From NCBI GenBank assembly GCA_965209155.1, contig OZ242383.1:1952001-2016000 (forward strand): DNA of 64,000 nt, in the 5' to 3' direction. Positions within the stretch are counted from its first letter, which is position 1. Each line of letters opens with the position of its first letter. This DNA is from a bacterium. GTDB lineage: Bacteria; SAR324; NAC60-12. Shown piece by piece: positions 39,827 through 48,901 of the stretch. The notes under the pieces are model-generated. The model searched no databases and was not told the DNA's origin. It saw only the letters and a program-made list of their open reading frames with translations. The translations under genes were made by a program, and so were the position numbers.

Positions 39827-40822
39827 ATGCAGGAAAACACGCGCACTTCAACGACAGGCCATCGATACAGTTATGGAACGATGATGGTTGCCGCTTTGGC
39901 GCTGGCGGTCCTTTCCTCTGTGGAGTGGTTGGACCATTTCGCCGAAGAGCGCATTTCTGAGACGACCAGGGAATCCATCGCCATTTTCGTTTTGTCCCGG
40001 GGAGTCAACGCCGGCATTTCGATGCTACAGAGCTCTGAAGTCGGTATCGGCATTGCGTCCATGCAAATCGGCGAATTGCTCGACCCGATCAACGATGCCG
40101 CGGAAAGACTCTCATCGGTCATGGTTTGGGCCATCGGATCGCTGTTGCTCCAACGTTTCGCTTTGGAGTTGACGTCGGCCGCCCTCTTCAAGTGGGGATT
40201 TTTTGCGATTGCCGTCGTGTTGTTGGTGACACTGCTGATTGTTGAATACCGTCAGTCGAGAAATAAACCAAACGCCAGCCTCGAGCGCTGCCGCAGCGTT
40301 CTCATTCAGGTATTCGTCCTCGCTGCAATGTTGCGCTTCATCGTCCCGGCATTCGTGGCAATCAACCTTCTCATAAGCCAGCAATTCCTGCAGCCGAGGA
40401 TTGAAGAAGAGCGTGCAGGACTTGCGGAACTGCGGGAGAAAATCCCCGTGGTCGAGCAAGAAATTATGGACCTGGCAACGAATGGGGAACAAGCGCTCGA
40501 CGATCACAGCGCAGAGGATCCGGAGCGCGACGAGCCAGGGATTTTTTCCAACCCGCTTGGCGGTCTCAATCGCCTGCTGTCCACCATAACCGACGCCGTA
40601 GACCGCATGTTGCCCGACGTGAATATGCCGGGCCTTTCACGGATCACGGACCTTCGCGACAGGTCAGTCGAGTTTGTTCAGAGATTGACCGAGCTCTTGG
40701 TGCTGGTTGCGATCAAGAACATCGTGTTGCCCCTTGTGTTCCTGGCAATCGCGGTCAAGGGCACCCTGCCCATCGCAACGTGGTTGATTCGGATGAGTGA
40801 GACCCACCGCCGGGAACACTGA
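39827..40822 (+). CDS. Hypothetical multi-pass membrane protein
   Basis: 331 aa with several hydrophobic segments; GGAG RBS. Confidence 0.7.
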   Translation: MQENTRTSTTGHRYSYGTMMVAALALAVLSSVEWLDHFAEERISETTRESIAIFVLSRGVNAGISMLQSSEVGIGIASMQIGELLDPINDAAERLSSVMVWAIGSLLLQRFALELTSAALFKWGFFAIAVVLLVTLLIVEYRQSRNKPNASLERCRSVLIQVFVLAAMLRFIVPAFVAINLLISQQFLQPRIEEERAGLAELREKIPVVEQEIMDLATNGEQALDDHSAEDPERDEPGIFSNPLGGLNRLLSTITDAVDRMLPDVNMPGLSRITDLRDRSVEFVQRLTELLVLVAIKNIVLPLVFLAIAVKGTLPIATWLIRMSETHRREH

Positions 40823-40881
40823 GCGCTCTCAACGGTCTGAGCATGCGCCAAAAGGGGTCCAGCTTGGAAGTAATGATTGCG

Positions 40882-41598
40882 CTAACCCCGGTCTCCACCA
40901 CTATGAGACTCTCCGGAACCTTCTGAGCCGCCAGAACCATGTTCTCCAGAACGTCCCGAACCATGTTCTCCAGAACCTTCTGAGCTTCCAGAGCGTCCCG
41001 AACCATGTTCTCCAGAACCTTCTGAGCTTCCAGAGCCTTCAGTACGTCCCGAACCATGTTCTCCAGAACCTTCTGAGCCTCCTGAACTATGTTCCCCAGA
41101 ACCTTCAGCACCTTCGCCGCCTCCATGTCCCGTTTCTGTTCCAGTTTCGGGATGAGCCGTCCAGGTGCCAAAAGTTCCTACTGCATCAAGCCGCACAGGT
41201 ATCTTTTGTCCTGGACTGAGATCCATTCTTTGAGTGGGTCCTAGTTCAATCCCATTTGATTGATGCACTTCAACACGAACATCAGAGAGCGTTGTTGTCA
41301 AGGTATTTTCCACAGTACCCACAAAGGCATTTACCTGGCTGTCATAAGATATGATCAACCTCATGCCATTGACCACATGGTCATACGTTTCACTCAGCTT
41401 ATAGGTTCCTGTCTGTTCGGCAGCATCACCTCCTTGACCTTCACCACCCATTTCTCGACTACCATGAGATTCTCCAGAGCTTTCAGAACCTTCAAAACCT
41501 CCAGAGCCTCCAAAACCATGTTCTCTATTAGTACATGCATTTAATACCAACATTGATCCTAAGATCAAAATCATCAGCACTTTTAAAAAATATTTCAT
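40882..41598 (-). CDS. Putative lipoprotein with Gly/Ser/Glu/His-rich repeats
   Basis: Lipobox-like 'LNAC'; repeated EGSGEHGSG. Confidence 0.7.
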   Translation of the reverse strand: MKYFLKVLMILILGSMLVLNACTNREHGFGGSGGFEGSESSGESHGSREMGGEGQGGDAAEQTGTYKLSETYDHVVNGMRLIISYDSQVNAFVGTVENTLTTTLSDVRVEVHQSNGIELGPTQRMDLSPGQKIPVRLDAVGTFGTWTAHPETGTETGHGGGEGAEGSGEHSSGGSEGSGEHGSGRTEGSGSSEGSGEHGSGRSGSSEGSGEHGSGRSGEHGSGGSEGSGESHSGGDRG

Positions 41599-41792
41599 AA
41601 TTTCCTCATTTCAATCAGATTTGAAAAACAGGACATCGACCGTCGACGTCCACTGAGGCAATTATAAGCGATCCAATGTTTTTTGAGGGTCAATGGAGTG
41701 TAATGTTTTTGTAAATTTTTCGATCCGGATCCATCATCGATTTATAACGGATTATTAGCAAATGGAGCGTGGCGGAAGTGAACGGGTTCTTA

Positions 41793-41975
41793 GAACCTGT
41801 TTGAAAGTCATTTAATTCTCTTTAACATCAAGCAAATCATAGCGACATAGATCATATTTTCAGAGTTTTTTGTTTTTCTTTCATAATCGATGTTGAGTCT
41901 GAGATACCATCCAAACCAGGAAAAGGTTCTTTCGACGATCCACCTTTTCGGTAGGACCTGAAAGCCCGTTCCCTG
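41793..41975 (-). pseudogene. IS5-family transposase 3' fragment with terminal IR
   Basis: My translation: 'GFQVLPKRWIVERTFSWFGWYLRLNIDYER...SENMIYVAMI.LMLKRI*'; end CTTTCAAACAGGTTC. Confidence 0.8.
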
Positions 41976-42067
41976 GATGTTTAGAAAAGGGGGCTGACTT
42001 GAAAGTTTGGAAAAGTAGCGTTATTTTTTTTAAACAAATAGACTTTCCTTTTCGCTGGTTTATGAAG

Positions 42068-42250
42068 ATGGGTCGTCAACCACGCCTTTACTATCCTGGT
42101 GCTTTTTACCATGTGATGCTTCGTGGCAATGGAGGGCAATGCATTTTTTTCATTCCCCCCGGCTTTCGACATTTTTATCACTTGCTCCAAGAAGCTTCCC
42201 ACGCTTTGATCACCGGATTCACACCTTTTGTTTTACGAGCAATCATGTCC
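42068..42250 (+). pseudogene. REP-associated tyrosine transposase (Y1/RAYT-like) N-terminal fragment
   Basis: 'MGRQPRL.YPGAFYHVMLRGN....IF', then in another frame 'IHTFCFTSNHV'. Confidence 0.75.
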
Positions 42251-42325
42251 CTCCCTGTTCTCCTCCTCTTTCAGGACGGATTATTCATCCAGTGGCTCGA
42301 GTTTATCAACTACAGGAGAATGAAT

Positions 42326-43160
42326 TAACCCGAGTGCGACATAAATCTTCAATAATAGGAGTATCCTGGCGTATATGTCATTCCGGGCGAAGACCCGGAA
42401 TCCAGATTTCTGTCTGGCTGCCTACCTCTGGATTCCGGGTCTGCGCCCGGAATGACACATTGCTGGATTCGTGATCTGTGCACGGAAGGACACGCTGAGG
42501 ATTCGTCGTTTTTGCTTGGAATGACACGCTGTATTGTTGATTTTCGCCTGGAATGACAGCCTTAAGCTATTCAGAAAAAGTGGTCCGATTTTTTAGGTCG
42601 AGTGAAGAAACTGAAGAAATAATAGCTGGCATTCCCTGATATGAGTCTCTTGGTACAATTCAGCGTGAGTGCGTATATCCCCTGGATTCCGGGTCTTCGC
42701 CCGGAATGACACATTGCTGGATTCGTGGTCTGTGCACGGAAGGACACGCTGAAGGATTCGTCGTTTTTGCTTGGAATGACACGCTGTATTGTTGATTTTC
42801 GCCTGGAATGACAGCCTTAAGCTATTCAGAAAAAGTGGTCCGATTTTTTAGGTCGAGTGAAGAAACTGAAGAAATAATAGCCAGTATTCTCTTTAATTTT
42901 TGTCATTCTTCGGGGTGAGTCCGTAGATCCTCTCCAAGTCATAACCGCACAAGCAGGAGTGCAGGTTATCGAAATGGCCCCTGGATTCCGGGTCTTTGCG
43001 CGGAATGACACGTTCCTGGCTTCTTATTTTTAGCTCGTAATGACACACTCTTGGATTGTTGATTTTCGCCAGGAATGACAGCCTTAAGCTATTCAGAAAA
43101 AGTGGTCCGATTTTTTAGATCGAGTGAAGAAACTGAAGAAATAATAGCTGGCATTCCCTA
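42326..43160. repeat. REP-like cluster with ~210-bp direct repeats (42428, 42682, partial 42981)
   Basis: GGATT-N-GGAA(T/G)GACAC subunits followed by TAAGCTATTCAGAAAAAGTGGTCCG, three times. Confidence 0.85.
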
Positions 43161-43189
43161 TAATTTTATTTTGACACGCTTTTTTAGAA

Positions 43190-43340
43190 CCATTTCCTTC
43201 GGATGGAAGCAGGCGAAAGTGGAGCAGAACGCTCAGGCCATCGTCAAGGAGGCGGGTGAGTTCTACGACCGGCTGCGCGTGTATAGGGAACAAGCGAACC
43301 GCGTCAGCGTCGCCTTGAACAAAGCCGTTGACGCGCAAAC
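43190..43340 (+). pseudogene. RmuC-like internal fragment
   Basis: 'TISFGWKQ....NAQ.I...A.E.YDRL......V..AL.KAV'. Confidence 0.6.
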
Positions 43341-43546
43341 CAACCGGTCGCCTGGAGAGCGTCTTAGCCTCACCTTTGTGCGGAATGACCCGTTTAACCC
43401 GAGTTTGACTTAAATCTTCAATAATAGGAGAATCCTGGTGTATATGTCATTCTCGCTAAACTGGTCCATGCGAAACTGGTTCCCGCTAAACTTGTCCCTG
43501 TGAACGCAGGGAGCGGGGAGCCGGATTTCTGTCTGGCTGCATACCT

Positions 43547-43742
43547 CTGGATTCCTGTTCAAGCGAGGAAAGACCTATTCGATTGACTGGATTCCTGTTC
43601 AAGCCAGGAAAGACCTATTCGATATACTGGATTCCTGTTCAAGCCAGGAAAGACCTATTCGATATACTGGATTCCTGTTCAAGCCAGGAAAGACCTATTC
43701 GATATACTGGATCCCTGCTCCTTGCTTTCGCAGGAAAGACAA
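43547..43742. repeat. 40-bp tandem repeat, 4 copies plus a degenerate fifth
   Basis: CTGGATTCCTGTTCAAGCCAGGAAAGACCTATTCGATATA at 43547, 43587, 43627 and 43667. Confidence 0.92.
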
Positions 43743-43796
43743 GGATTCTCTCATTCGCAGGAATGACATGGTTTCTCTTAAAATGAATTTCACGAT

Positions 43797-44354
43797 ATGA
43801 CCATTCCGATTTACACCATCGGGTACGGAAGCCGTTCCATTGAAGAGTTTGTCGAGGTGCTGCAGCGATTTGATATCGCGTACCTCGTCGATGTGCGTTC
43901 GGCCCCTTATTCACGCTATAAGCCGGAGTTTTCCAAGGCGGAGCTGGCGGCCGAACTACAGCGATTCGGCATCCGCTACCTTTTCATGGGCGATACGCTC
44001 GGTGGACAACCCGACGATGAAAATTGTTACGTGAACGGAGTCGTGGATTATCAGAGGGTCAAAGCAACGCAATTATACGCCGATGGAATTCGCCGCATCC
44101 GAAGCGCTTTTGCTCAGCAACAGCGCGTTGCCCTCATGTGCAGCGAGGAAAAACCGGAGGAGTGCCACCGGAGCAAGCTGATCGGCGTGACCTTGCAGGA
44201 GGGAGAGATACCGGTCGTTCACATCGACGAGAGGGGTGCGCCCCGGTCCCAAGTGGAAATCATCGATCGACTGACCGGAGGTCAACTCCCCCTCTTTGGT
44301 GAGCCTGTATTCCATTCTCGCAAGCGATACCTGCGGAGAGAAGATGAATCTTAA
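43797..44354 (+). CDS. DUF488 family protein
   Basis: 'IYTIGY', 'LVDVRSAPYS', 'LGG', 'LMCSE..PEECHR'. Confidence 0.88.
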   Translation: MTIPIYTIGYGSRSIEEFVEVLQRFDIAYLVDVRSAPYSRYKPEFSKAELAAELQRFGIRYLFMGDTLGGQPDDENCYVNGVVDYQRVKATQLYADGIRRIRSAFAQQQRVALMCSEEKPEECHRSKLIGVTLQEGEIPVVHIDERGAPRSQVEIIDRLTGGQLPLFGEPVFHSRKRYLRREDES

Positions 44355-44832
44355 AGTGGTGACCATCGGCGTCTACGGCTTCGATGAAGCCGGTTTCTTC
44401 CGGGCATTACAGGATGCGAAGGTAGACACCTTCTGTGATATCCGGGAGCGGCGGGGAGTCCGCGGCGCAACCTACGCTTTCGTCAACAAGCGGCGATTGC
44501 AAGTCCGACTCGCCGATTTGGGCATCTCCTACCTCTATCGAAAAGACCTGGCTCCGTCGAAAGCGGTGAGAGCAAAACAGGTTGAAGCGGATAAAGCGAC
44601 GAAAACTGCCAAACGCCGGCGCACGGAGTTGGGGCCGGTTTTCATTGAAGGATACCGTTATGAATGCTTGAGGCACTTCCATCCACAGAGTTTACTCGAT
44701 GACTTGAAACCGGATGCGCGAGTGGTGGCGCTCTTTTGCGTCGAACAGGAACCTGCGGCTTGCCACCGGTCCCTGGTCGCAGATAAACTGGCAAGGGAAA
44801 TGTACTTCAATGTGGAGCATATTTTGCCATGA
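44344..44832 (+). CDS. DUF488 family protein (second, divergent)
   Basis: 'VTIGVYG', 'CDIRERRG', 'LFCVEQEPAACHRS'. Confidence 0.82.
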   Translation: MNLKVVTIGVYGFDEAGFFRALQDAKVDTFCDIRERRGVRGATYAFVNKRRLQVRLADLGISYLYRKDLAPSKAVRAKQVEADKATKTAKRRRTELGPVFIEGYRYECLRHFHPQSLLDDLKPDARVVALFCVEQEPAACHRSLVADKLAREMYFNVEHILP

Positions 44833-47429
44833 AAGTACTGATTGTTGCCAGAACGCGCATGGGGAAAGGAGCATGTATTGGTGGCATAACCCGGGACGGG
44901 AAGAGCGTACGCTTGATTTCAGCCGGTATCGACGCCCACGATGGTGGGGGCCTGGAGTATGAAGTCGGCGACGTGTGGGAAATCGTGGCAACCCCTGCCC
45001 CGGACGTGATGGCGCCGCATGTCGAAAATGTCGTCGTTCATGGCAAGCGGCGACTTTCCACCCTCAACAACCCCATAGACGTCATTGAAAGATTCATGCC
45101 CCCCAAAATCGGTGGACCTGCAGAGCTTTACGAAGGTCTGACGCAATTCACTCCGAATGGCGGTTTGTACGTTGCCCAAAGTGGCCCCCTCCCTCCCTAC
45201 AGTACGACCTTCTGGCGCGCTGACCAACCCCTGTTGCTCGATATGAGCGGCAAACGCCTCCGTTACCGCTATTCGACCAGGGATGGAGGACGTACCCTCA
45301 CCTTCGTCGGATACCAGGAACCGCGGCGAACCATTCCGGAAGGTACGTTGTTGCGCGTTTCACTTGCCCATCCATGGCGACCCGAGGACGGGTCGATCAG
45401 CGAATACCGGTGCTATGTCCAACTTTCGGGATGGTTTCTTGAAAAGGACGAAAATCAAGGGCTTGGGCAATGCTCGGGTCCTGTCGACCCACCTGCGGAA
45501 ATTGACCTCCCATCGCAGGATCATGCCCCCCTGTCGGGCGACAGGCTTTCCTTGGGTGATTCCATCGAAGCTTTCCAGGTGCTCCAAACTGTCTTCGGCT
45601 ACGACGAATTTCGACCCTTACAGGAAGAAATCATCGAAAACGTCTTAGGGCGGCGGGACACCTTGATCATCATGCCCACCGGTGGTGGAAAGTCATTGTG
45701 CTATCAACTTCCCGCCTTGCTTTTCGAAGGGTTGACCGTTGTTGTCTCCCCCCTCATTTCACTGATGCAGGACCAGGTGACGCAGTTACGACAATTGGGT
45801 GTGCCCGCCGTTTTCCTCAACAGTGCTCTCACTCACGACGAGTACCTGTCAACCACCCGTCAGATCCGACGTGGCGCAGTCAAATTGTTCTACATGGCAC
45901 CGGAAACGCTGCTGCGGCCCGAAACGTTACTGCTGCTCCGCGAGTGCCAACTGGACTGCCTCGCTATTGACGAAGCGCACTGCATCTCCCAATGGGGACA
46001 CGATTTTCGACCGGAATATCGTCAATTGGCGCAGGTGCGCGAACGATTCCCCAAGGCTGTGTGTATTGCGCTCACTGCGACAGCAACTTCCCGCGTTCGC
46101 ACCGACATCAGGCAGGTATTGGGTTTTCGCAACGAGAATGAATTCCTCGCCAGTTTTGACCGGGAAAACCTTAGCATCGCTGTGGAACAGAAAGTTGACT
46201 TGGACCAGCAAATAATTGATTTTCTCAGCACTCACCGTGATCAATCCGGGATTATCTACTGTGCCACGCAACGCCAGGTGAACACGCTCTATGAAGAATT
46301 GGTCGCACAAAATATTTCCGCGTTGCCGTATCACGCTGGACTGGATACTGAAACCCGAAAACGGAACCAGACCGCTTTCATCCGCGACAACGTGCGGATT
46401 ATGGTGGCGACGATTGCCTTTGGTATGGGGATTGACAAACCCGACGTGCGCTTTGTGGTTCATGCGGATTTGCCCAAGAATATTGAATGCTACTACCAGG
46501 AGATTGGTCGCGCCGGACGAGATGGACTTCGCGCCGATTGCCTGCTCCTGTTCAGCTATGGCGACGTCCACACCATCCAGCACTTCATCCAGCAGGGGGC
46601 CCCCTCTGAACAGGCCGGCAGGAGGGAACTTCTGACCACGCTGGTGGATTGGGCCACTTCGACGGATTGTCGTCGTATCGGATTGTTGGGCTATTTCGGA
46701 GAAGATTACGAAGCAGACAATTGTCAGATGTGCGACAACTGCCTGATCAAAGCGGAAGCGCAGGTTGACCTGACCATCCCGGCACAGAAATTTCTCTCCT
46801 GCGTGGTGCGGACCGGCGAAATATTCGGGATAAATCATATCGTTGACGTGTTGCGTGGCTCTCGAGCAAGGAGGGTGTTGGAACTCCGACACGACAAGCT
46901 GTCTACCTACGGCATCGGTATGGAGTATTCTGCCGAACAATGGAAACTGCTGGCGGGACAGTTTATCCGGCAACTTCTCCTCAGGCGAGATATGGACCAC
47001 GGAAGCATTCAATTAACGCCGAAGGGGCGGGCTGTTTTCAAGGGAAAACAGGTGTGGGGGACCCCGGTGGAAACGCAAGTGAGTCGTCACTCGGCTTCAG
47101 ACGAAACAGGTGAATACGACATCGGACTCTTCGAGCAACTACGTGCCCAGCGCAAAGCACTGGCGGATGCAGAAGGCATCCCGCCGTATATGGTGTTTTC
47201 CGACCGCTCCTTGCACGAGATGGCGACTTATTTTCCACACTCGACGGAAGCCTTTGAATCAACTCACGGTGTCGGACCGGTAAAAGTTGAAAGATACGGC
47301 GGTAGCTTTTTAGCAATCATACATGCATACTGCCAACAGCACGGACAGACGGAGCAAGCGAAATTGACTTCTCGTCCGAGCAGCCCAACAACCGTTTCCT
47401 CAATAGATTCATTCGTGGAGCAAAAATAA
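44829..47429 (+). CDS. recQ: RecQ helicase with an extra ~205-aa N-terminal domain (dual-OB-like)
   Basis: 'MPTGGGKSLCYQLP', DEAH, 'ATIAFGMGIDKPDVR', 'QEIGRAGRDG', Zn 'CQMCDNC', RQC, HRDC; N-domain 'IVARTRM..GACIGG....VRL'. Confidence 0.9.
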   Translation: MKVLIVARTRMGKGACIGGITRDGKSVRLISAGIDAHDGGGLEYEVGDVWEIVATPAPDVMAPHVENVVVHGKRRLSTLNNPIDVIERFMPPKIGGPAELYEGLTQFTPNGGLYVAQSGPLPPYSTTFWRADQPLLLDMSGKRLRYRYSTRDGGRTLTFVGYQEPRRTIPEGTLLRVSLAHPWRPEDGSISEYRCYVQLSGWFLEKDENQGLGQCSGPVDPPAEIDLPSQDHAPLSGDRLSLGDSIEAFQVLQTVFGYDEFRPLQEEIIENVLGRRDTLIIMPTGGGKSLCYQLPALLFEGLTVVVSPLISLMQDQVTQLRQLGVPAVFLNSALTHDEYLSTTRQIRRGAVKLFYMAPETLLRPETLLLLRECQLDCLAIDEAHCISQWGHDFRPEYRQLAQVRERFPKAVCIALTATATSRVRTDIRQVLGFRNENEFLASFDRENLSIAVEQKVDLDQQIIDFLSTHRDQSGIIYCATQRQVNTLYEELVAQNISALPYHAGLDTETRKRNQTAFIRDNVRIMVATIAFGMGIDKPDVRFVVHADLPKNIECYYQEIGRAGRDGLRADCLLLFSYGDVHTIQHFIQQGAPSEQAGRRELLTTLVDWATSTDCRRIGLLGYFGEDYEADNCQMCDNCLIKAEAQVDLTIPAQKFLSCVVRTGEIFGINHIVDVLRGSRARRVLELRHDKLSTYGIGMEYSAEQWKLLAGQFIRQLLLRRDMDHGSIQLTPKGRAVFKGKQVWGTPVETQVSRHSASDETGEYDIGLFEQLRAQRKALADAEGIPPYMVFSDRSLHEMATYFPHSTEAFESTHGVGPVKVERYGGSFLAIIHAYCQQHGQTEQAKLTSRPSSPTTVSSIDSFVEQK

Positions 47430-47510
47430 AAAACCTCCGTGCCTGATAACTTTGTGCCTTTGTGCCTTTGTGCCTTCTTTAAGAAAGAGCTTCAGGAATA
47501 AAATCGATCT
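47415..47510 (+). repeat. Relic 3' end of an 8-mer-array cassette
   Basis: GTGGAGCAAAAATAAAAAA, (TTTGTGCC)x3 and GAGCTTCAGGAATAAAATCGATCT match the reverse complement of 62051-62165. Confidence 0.8.
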
Positions 47511-47533
47511 CCCGCCAATTCGTAGAACAAATG

Positions 47534-48901
47534 TCATGCGGAGGTGACACTGACCCCGTCGACGAGGATATAGGGAGCTCGACTGCCTCCCAGGTTGGTG
47601 TGGAGCGTGGAACCAATGGCGATGATTTGTTTGAGCAATTCGAATACGTTTCCGGATACCATGATTTCCTGCACGGCATGACTGCGTTGACCCTTTTCCA
47701 CCCACCAGGAGTTTTTGGCTACTCCTGAAAACTGGCCGGAAACGGGATCGCAACTGCCACTGAATCGTTTGAGGACGAGACCGCTCCCCAACTGCTGGTA
47801 GAGGGCATTTTCTGAAACCGTCTGGTTTTTGATACCGGAAAGGCTGAAGTTGGAAAATCCGATTTGCGGAAGAGCGGTTGCTCCACCCGATGCATTGCCG
47901 GTCGGAGACACGCCCGCTTGATGGGCGCTGAAACAATTATGCGCGGCAAATTGCAATTGTCCTTGCCGGATGATTTCGTGTTTTGCCGAAGCAACACCTT
48001 CCCGGTCAAAAGGACTCCATCCTTCCGGACGATTCTTATCCAGGGGATCTTCCGCCACTTGCAACGACCCGGAACAGACCTGGTTGCCCATTTGATCCTT
48101 CCAGGAACTGATGCCGTCATAATGGTTTTTGCCATTGGCATTGAAAGCGATAACCTGCCCCAAGATATGCATCACTGCCACCGGGTGAAGAAGGACTGCT
48201 CCGCGATAGTCCTTGGCCTGACGCGGACCCAGGGAGCCGACTACCGATTCGCGAAATCGTCCTATGGTATGAATGATTTCTTTCTCCAGACTGTTTTTAT
48301 TCCAAACCGTACCGCCATCATAGTCGAAACTGGTGACTTCATTTTCCGTTTTTCCCATGCCCATAGCAAACCAGGAGCAATGGGTCTCGATCGCCTGTTG
48401 GCAAAGGCCATGGGAATTGCTCAACACCACCACTTGCCGGGCGCATGAGAATTCCGCGCGATCGAGAGAGACCACTTTTTCCCGACGTGCTTCGTCCACT
48501 ACCAATTGCAACCATTGGTATAGCTCCTCCGGAGTGAGCCCAGGCAACTTTTCATCGTAGTTTTCGTAAGATCCCCCCTCTGTTTTCTTTTCTGCAATCC
48601 GGTGGTGCTCACTGGGAAGGGAAAGGTGAGCCAACTTTCGAGTCTCTTCAGCAACCTCTCGAAGGACGTGTTCCTCGTCCGAATTGGAAGTGATGAAACC
48701 CAATTTGCCGTTTATGATGGCACGGATGCCGTAGGTGGAGGTGTTGTTACTCTTACTGACGGAAAAATCATTTCCTTCATAAACCACGCTCAATTCCGTA
48801 CTTTGCCGGGCGCAGACTTCAGCGACCCCTCCCCGGAGTTCCTCTAAAATCATCCCACTGTTTTTCAACAGCTGCGCCGTTGTCTTTTTTTCTGTTTTCA
48901 T
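47534..48901 (-). CDS. pmbA: PmbA/TldE family protein
   Basis: 'PFDREGV', 'TGNA', 'SGQFS'; ATGA overlap with tldD. Confidence 0.85.
   Translation of the reverse strand: MKTEKKTTAQLLKNSGMILEELRGGVAEVCARQSTELSVVYEGNDFSVSKSNNTSTYGIRAIINGKLGFITSNSDEEHVLREVAEETRKLAHLSLPSEHHRIAEKKTEGGSYENYDEKLPGLTPEELYQWLQLVVDEARREKVVSLDRAEFSCARQVVVLSNSHGLCQQAIETHCSWFAMGMGKTENEVTSFDYDGGTVWNKNSLEKEIIHTIGRFRESVVGSLGPRQAKDYRGAVLLHPVAVMHILGQVIAFNANGKNHYDGISSWKDQMGNQVCSGSLQVAEDPLDKNRPEGWSPFDREGVASAKHEIIRQGQLQFAAHNCFSAHQAGVSPTGNASGGATALPQIGFSNFSLSGIKNQTVSENALYQQLGSGLVLKRFSGSCDPVSGQFSGVAKNSWWVEKGQRSHAVQEIMVSGNVFELLKQIIAIGSTLHTNLGGSRAPYILVDGVSVTSA

Noticed and set aside
43547..43706. 40-bp periodic array as CRISPR
   Set aside because: Units are essentially identical, with no unique spacers and no cas genes in the window
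46000..47012. Long antisense ORFs (e.g. 45927-47012, 36353-37270, 30411-31127)
   Set aside because: Shadows of well-supported genes on the opposite strand, with no recognisable motifs
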